Position numbers and translations under genes: made by a program. Below the pieces are notes generated by a model. That model had not been told where the DNA came from. It was given only the letters and a program-made list of their open reading frames with translations, and did no database searches. This document shows, piece by piece, positions 1-64,000 of a DNA stretch of 64,000 bases. Origin of the DNA: Eledone cirrhosa (lineage: Eukaryota); the NCBI GenBank assembly GCA_964016885.1, contig OZ024758.1:25482001-25546000 (forward strand), written 5' to 3'. Position 1 is the first letter of the stretch; each line of letters starts with the position of its first letter.

Positions 1-2918
1 GGACTATGAGACATAGTACCTATATCTAGGACTATGAGACATAGTACTAATATCTAGGACTATGAGACATAGTACCCATATCTAGGACTATGGGACATAG
101 TACCTATATCTAGGACTATGAGACATAGTACTAATATCTAGGACTATGAGACATAGTACCTATATCTAGGACTATGAGACATAGTACTAATATCTAGGAC
201 TATGAGACATAGTACTAATATCTAGGACTATGAGACATAGTACCCATATCTAGGACTATGGGACATAGTACCTATATCTAGGACTATGGTACATAGTACC
301 TATATCTAGGACTATGAGACATAGTACCCATATCTAGGACTATGAGACATAGTACCCATATCTAGGAATATGAGACATAGTACTAATATCTAGGACTATG
401 AGACATAGTACCCATATTTAGGACTATGAGACATAGTACCTATATCTAGGACTATGAGACATAGTACTAATATCTAGGACTATGAGACATAGTACTAATA
501 TCTAGGACTATGAGACATAGTACCCATATCTAGGACTATGAGACATAGTACCCATATCTAGGACTATGAGACATAGTACTAATATCTAGGACTATGAGAC
601 ATAGTACCCATATCTAGGACTATGAGACATAGTACCCATATCTAGGACTATGAGACATAGTACCCATATCTAGGACTATGAGACATAGTACCCATATCTA
701 GGACTATTGGACATAGTACCTATATCTAGGACTATGAGACATAGTACCCATATCTAGGACTATGAGACATAGTACTAATATCTAGGACTATGAGACATAG
801 TACTAATATCTAGGACTATGAGACATAGTACCTATATCTAGGACTATGAGACATAGTACTAATATCTAGGACTATGAGACATAGTACTAATATCTAGGAC
901 TATGAGACATAGTACCCATATCTAGGACTATGGGACATAGTACCTATATCTAGGACTATGAGACATAGTACCCATATCTAGGACTATGAGACATAGTACT
1001 AATATCTAGGACTATGAGACATAGTACCCATATCTAGGACTATGAGACATAGTACCTATATCTAGGACTATGAGACATAGTACTAATATCTAGGGCTATG
1101 AGACATAGTACTAATATCTAGGACTATGAGACATAGTACCCATATCTAGGACTATGAGACATAGTACCTATATCTAGGACTATGAGACATAGTACCCATA
1201 TCTAGGACTATGAGACATAGTACCTATATCTAGGACTATGAGACATAGTACTAATATCTAGGACTATGAGACATAGTACCCATATCTAGGACTATGGGAC
1301 ATAGTACCCATATCTAGGACTATGAGACATAGTACCTATATCTAGGACTATGAGACATAGTACTAATATCTAGTACTATGAGACATAGTACTAATATCTA
1401 GGACTATGAGACATAGTACCTATATCTAGGACTATGAGACATAGTACCTATATCTAGGACTATGAGACATAGTACTAATATCTAGGACTATGAGACATAG
1501 TACTAATATCTAGGACTATGAGGCATAGTACCTATATCTAGGACTATGAGACATAGTACTAATATCTAGGACTATTAGACATAGTAACTATATCTAGGAC
1601 TATGAGACATAGTACTAATATCTAGGACTATGAGACATAGTACCTATATCTAGGACTATGAGACATAGTACCCATATCTAGGACTATGGGACATAGTACC
1701 TATATCTAGGACTATGAGACATAGTACCTATATCTAGGACTATGAGACATAGTACCTATATCTAGGACTATGGGACATAGTACTAATATCTAGGACTATG
1801 AGACATAATACCCATATCTAGGACTATGAGACATAGTACCCATATCTAGGACTATGAGACATAGTACTAATATCTAGGACTATGAGACATAGTACCTATA
1901 TCTAGGACTATGAGACATAGTACCTATATCTAGGACTATGAGACATAGTACCTATATCTAGAACTATGAGACATAGTACCTATATCTAGGACTATGAGAC
2001 ATAGTACCCATATCTAGGCCTATGAGACATAGTACTAATATCTAGGACTATGAGACATAGTACCCATATCTAGGACTATGAGACATAGTACTAATATCTA
2101 GGACTATGAGACATAGTACCCATATCTAGGACTATGAGACATAGTACCTATATCTAGGACTATGAGACATAGTACTAATATCTAGGACTATGAGACATAG
2201 TACTAATATCTAGGACTATGAGACATAGTACCCATATCTAGGACTATGAGACATAGTACTAATATCTAGGACTATGAGACATAGTACTAATATCTAGGAC
2301 TATGAGACATAGTACCCATATCTAGGACTATGAGACATAGTACTAATATCTAGGACTATGAGACATAGTACTAATATCTAGGACTATGAGACATAGTACC
2401 CATATCTAGGACTATGAGACATAGTACTAATATCTAGGACTATGAGACATAGTACCTATATCTAGGACTATGAGACATAGTACCTATATCTAGGACTATG
2501 AGACATAGTACCTATATCTAGGACTATGAGACATAGTACCCATATCTAGGACTATGAGACATAGTACCTATATCTAGGACTATGAGACATAGTACCTATA
2601 TCTAGGACTATGAGACATAGTACCTATATCTAGGACTATGAGACATAGTACCCATATCTAGGACTATGAGACATAGTACCTATATCTAGGACTATGAGAC
2701 ATAGTACCTATATCTAGGACTATGAGACATAGTACCTATATCTAGGACTATGAGACATAGTACCTATATCTAGGACTATGAGATATAGTACCCATATCTA
2801 GGCCTATGAGACATAGTACTAATATCTAGGACTATGAGACATAGTACCCATATCTAGGACTATGAGACATAGTACTAATATCTAGGACTATGAGACATAG
2901 TACCCATATCTAGGACTA
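1..2918. repeat. 28-bp minisatellite, about 104 copies (runs off window start)
   Basis: Unit GGACTATGAGACATAGTAC-[CT/CC/TA]-ATATCTA with internal inverted repeat ACTATG-aga-CATAGT; no spacers. Confidence 0.97.
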
Positions 2919-4185
2919 CATTATCTAATGTGTCCTCCCATTCTTTTGTCAAGATGGTAGATTTTATGGAAATTTTATTACTATTTCCAGCAGGCTGAGA
3001 GACCACACAGAGCCCCTCCCCCTACTTCCGGCCCTGTTGGTTCATTTAAATAGAGGCAGTGACAGCACTTAAAAAGTTTATGGGTGTTTCATCATCTTGT
3101 AGTGCTAAGTTCAGACCCTGTGCTGTAGGCCTTGAAGAGACATTAGAAAGCCCCTCCCCTCGATAATACTGTAGCTCCATCCCTGTTGACTTACAAATCT
3201 GTTTTGCTTTTCATAACCTAAAAAAATGTTTTAGTACATTAGTTGTTTATATTTACTGTTCATTTATCAACTGAGACCAAATGTTGACCTAAAATTCATT
3301 AAATGCGTCTTTTGTTTTTACTTAATTACTCTTTCAATTTAAATTGTATAATAATAATAATAATAATAATAATAATGGTTTCTACTTTTGGCACAAGGCC
3401 AGCAATTATCCCAGTGCATTACTGGTACTTTATTTTATCGACCCCGTAAGGATGAAAGGTAAAGTTAATCTTGGCGGGATTTGAACTCAGATCATAAAGG
3501 GACGTAACTATGCTAGAAAGAATGGTGTCCGATTCTCTACCGATACTGCCAATTCACCAGTTCCTTATATAGGCACAAGGCCAGTAATTTTTTTCGGGGG
3601 GGGGGGGGGGGGCGTCGATTAAATCGACCCCAGTAAACAGCTCTTAATTTTTTTTCTAGAATTAAATTGTAAACTTAAATTTATTTAACAAAATAATTGT
3701 TTCTACTTTTGGTACAAGGCCAGCAATTATCTCAGTGTATTACTGGAGCTTTCTTTTATCAACCCCGTAAGTACATTACTGGTACTTTATTTTATCGACC
3801 CTGTAAGGATGAAAGGCAAAGTTAACCTCAGCGGGATTTGAACTCGGGCCGTAAAGAGAGGTAACTCCATGCTGCAAAGCATGGCGTCCGATCCTCTACC
3901 GATACTGCCAGTGGGTAGAGGAAATAAAAAGCAGTGAGACTTTCCCTAAATATTTTAATGTTTCATGTAAGACATGAAAAATATGAAAATAACTGTTACG
4001 ATATTTATTAAGTGATTTATTACAAGTTGTTTTGAAACTTAGTAATTGCGTTTTGTTATTTTTATACTAAATTTCGCAGTTTTAATTCTCTCAAGTTAAA
4101 ATTAATTGCTGGGAGAAATCGTTGATTACATGAACATGTCTGTAAAATGTATGTAAATGCCACATAAATCGTGACAGAGGTTTTA

Positions 4186-4621
4186 AACTCTTTCCTAGCA
4201 ATATTTCTATTAAAATACACCGTGTTTCAATTAATTTATGAAAAATTTGAAGGGATTTACTAAAAATTAGTAATCATTCAATTATTAAAATGGTATTTGT
4301 AAAAACTTAAGAAAATATTCTGATGTCAAATCACATTGGAAGACTTACATTAAATAGGAACCCTTTAGCATTTACACTACTTTGTATTTTTCACAGTAAA
4401 GGCTTTATCTCACATAATATCAAATCTATGAGATTTTGATATTATTTATTTTGAGACCAATACCTTAACATAAATATGAATGGTCGGTTACAGATGGTTT
4501 GAACAGAAAGGGGTGAGAGAATTCTGGTTGAATACGGCCAGTTTAAATGCTAAAGGGTTAAAATGGATGGCTTTGTTTCATAGAACCAGGGCCAATTTCG
4601 AGTGTGTTGGTATCAAAAGGT
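4186..4621 (-). mobile_element. Older piggyBac-like MITE (family B) with a family A MITE nested at 4361..4557
   Basis: 4560-4620 is the reverse complement of the start of 30597..30828, which reads TTAA CCCTTTTGATGCC...GAAAGGG. Confidence 0.6.
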
Positions 4622-4794
4622 TTAAGTGCCAGTGCTTAGCTTTGATTTAGATGGATTAAAGATAAACTCACCTCTGACTTGAACCCTCGTTTAACACTAA
4701 TGATCTTGTAACAATTCCTAACAGAGAAGTATATTGAAACAAGAACAACAAACATCAACAACAAATATCAGTAAAACTGATATATTTTTGCTTC

Positions 4795-4975
4795 TACAAG
4801 AGTCAGCTGAAAAGTTCATAGACTGACTAAGAAGCAGTGATGCTAGAACTGTGAAATCTTGCATGCATTTATTTCAACTCTTTTTATCGCTATATGAGCG
4901 CATCTGAAAAGTTCATAGGCTGACTAAGGAGTGATGCTAGAGCTGTGAAATCTTGCATGCATTAATTTCAACTTT
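4795..4975 (+). mobile_element. Tc1/mariner-like terminal fragment, locally duplicated
   Basis: TA-CAAGAGTCAGCTGAAAAGTTCATA occurs twice; reverse-complement copy at about 19350-19376. Confidence 0.45.
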
Positions 4976-5266
4976 TCCTATTAATAATCAGCAACATCTC
5001 ACACCTTGGGAGTTAACTATACACTTTCATGCAAGCCAAGATGGCGAGGCTAAGACGCTGAAATAACCAGGCACCAACACGGGCATCAACTGACACCTCA
5101 GTAAGGTCAGCTGCCAGTGATAAGAACTTCGCTGTCAGTGACCCAACGCCACCAAATGTCTTGAACGCTGCAGGCTAGAAAATTTATTCCATTTTGCTTT
5201 ACCTTTGTTTTATATTTTTATTCTATCTTATTCCATGTTGCTTTACCTTTGTCATATATTTTTCAG

Positions 5267-64000
<58,734 letters not shown>

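Noticed and set aside
1-2918. CRISPR array (28-bp partly palindromic repeat)
   Set aside because: Units are contiguous with no unique spacers, there are no cas genes, and the context is a eukaryotic intron.

Overview
This is eukaryotic, AT-rich, repeat-dense animal DNA. The repeat landscape suggests an octopus-like cephalopod, but that is inference. The whole window lies inside one + strand gene. I traced 24 coding exons (5267..64000, about 3336 nt, about 1110 codons) that splice in one uninterrupted frame into an ADAMTS9/ADAMTS20/GON-1-type secreted metalloprotease. The protein runs from the end of the prodomain and furin site RHKR through the zinc motif HELGHLFNLPHD, Met-turn, disintegrin-like domain, TSR1, Cys-rich and spacer domains to TSR2-TSR9. 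The gene begins before and ends after the window. One intron has a GC donor. Introns hold two tRNA-derived SINE families (one CORE-type sharing its tail with an RTE LINE), RTE/CR1/L1-Tx1/CRE LINE fragments, piggyBac-, hAT- and Tc1-type MITEs, two Helitron-like elements, and about 10 minisatellites, many amplified from pieces of those transposons. The most unusual signal is several type I hammerhead-ribozyme-like motifs in (TA)n-flanked intronic elements. Two are complete, and each sits in a perfect long palindrome, so the sense ribozyme is co-transcribed with its exact antisense. Nearly all supplied ORFs are repeat artefacts. Repeat boundaries are read by eye and approximate.
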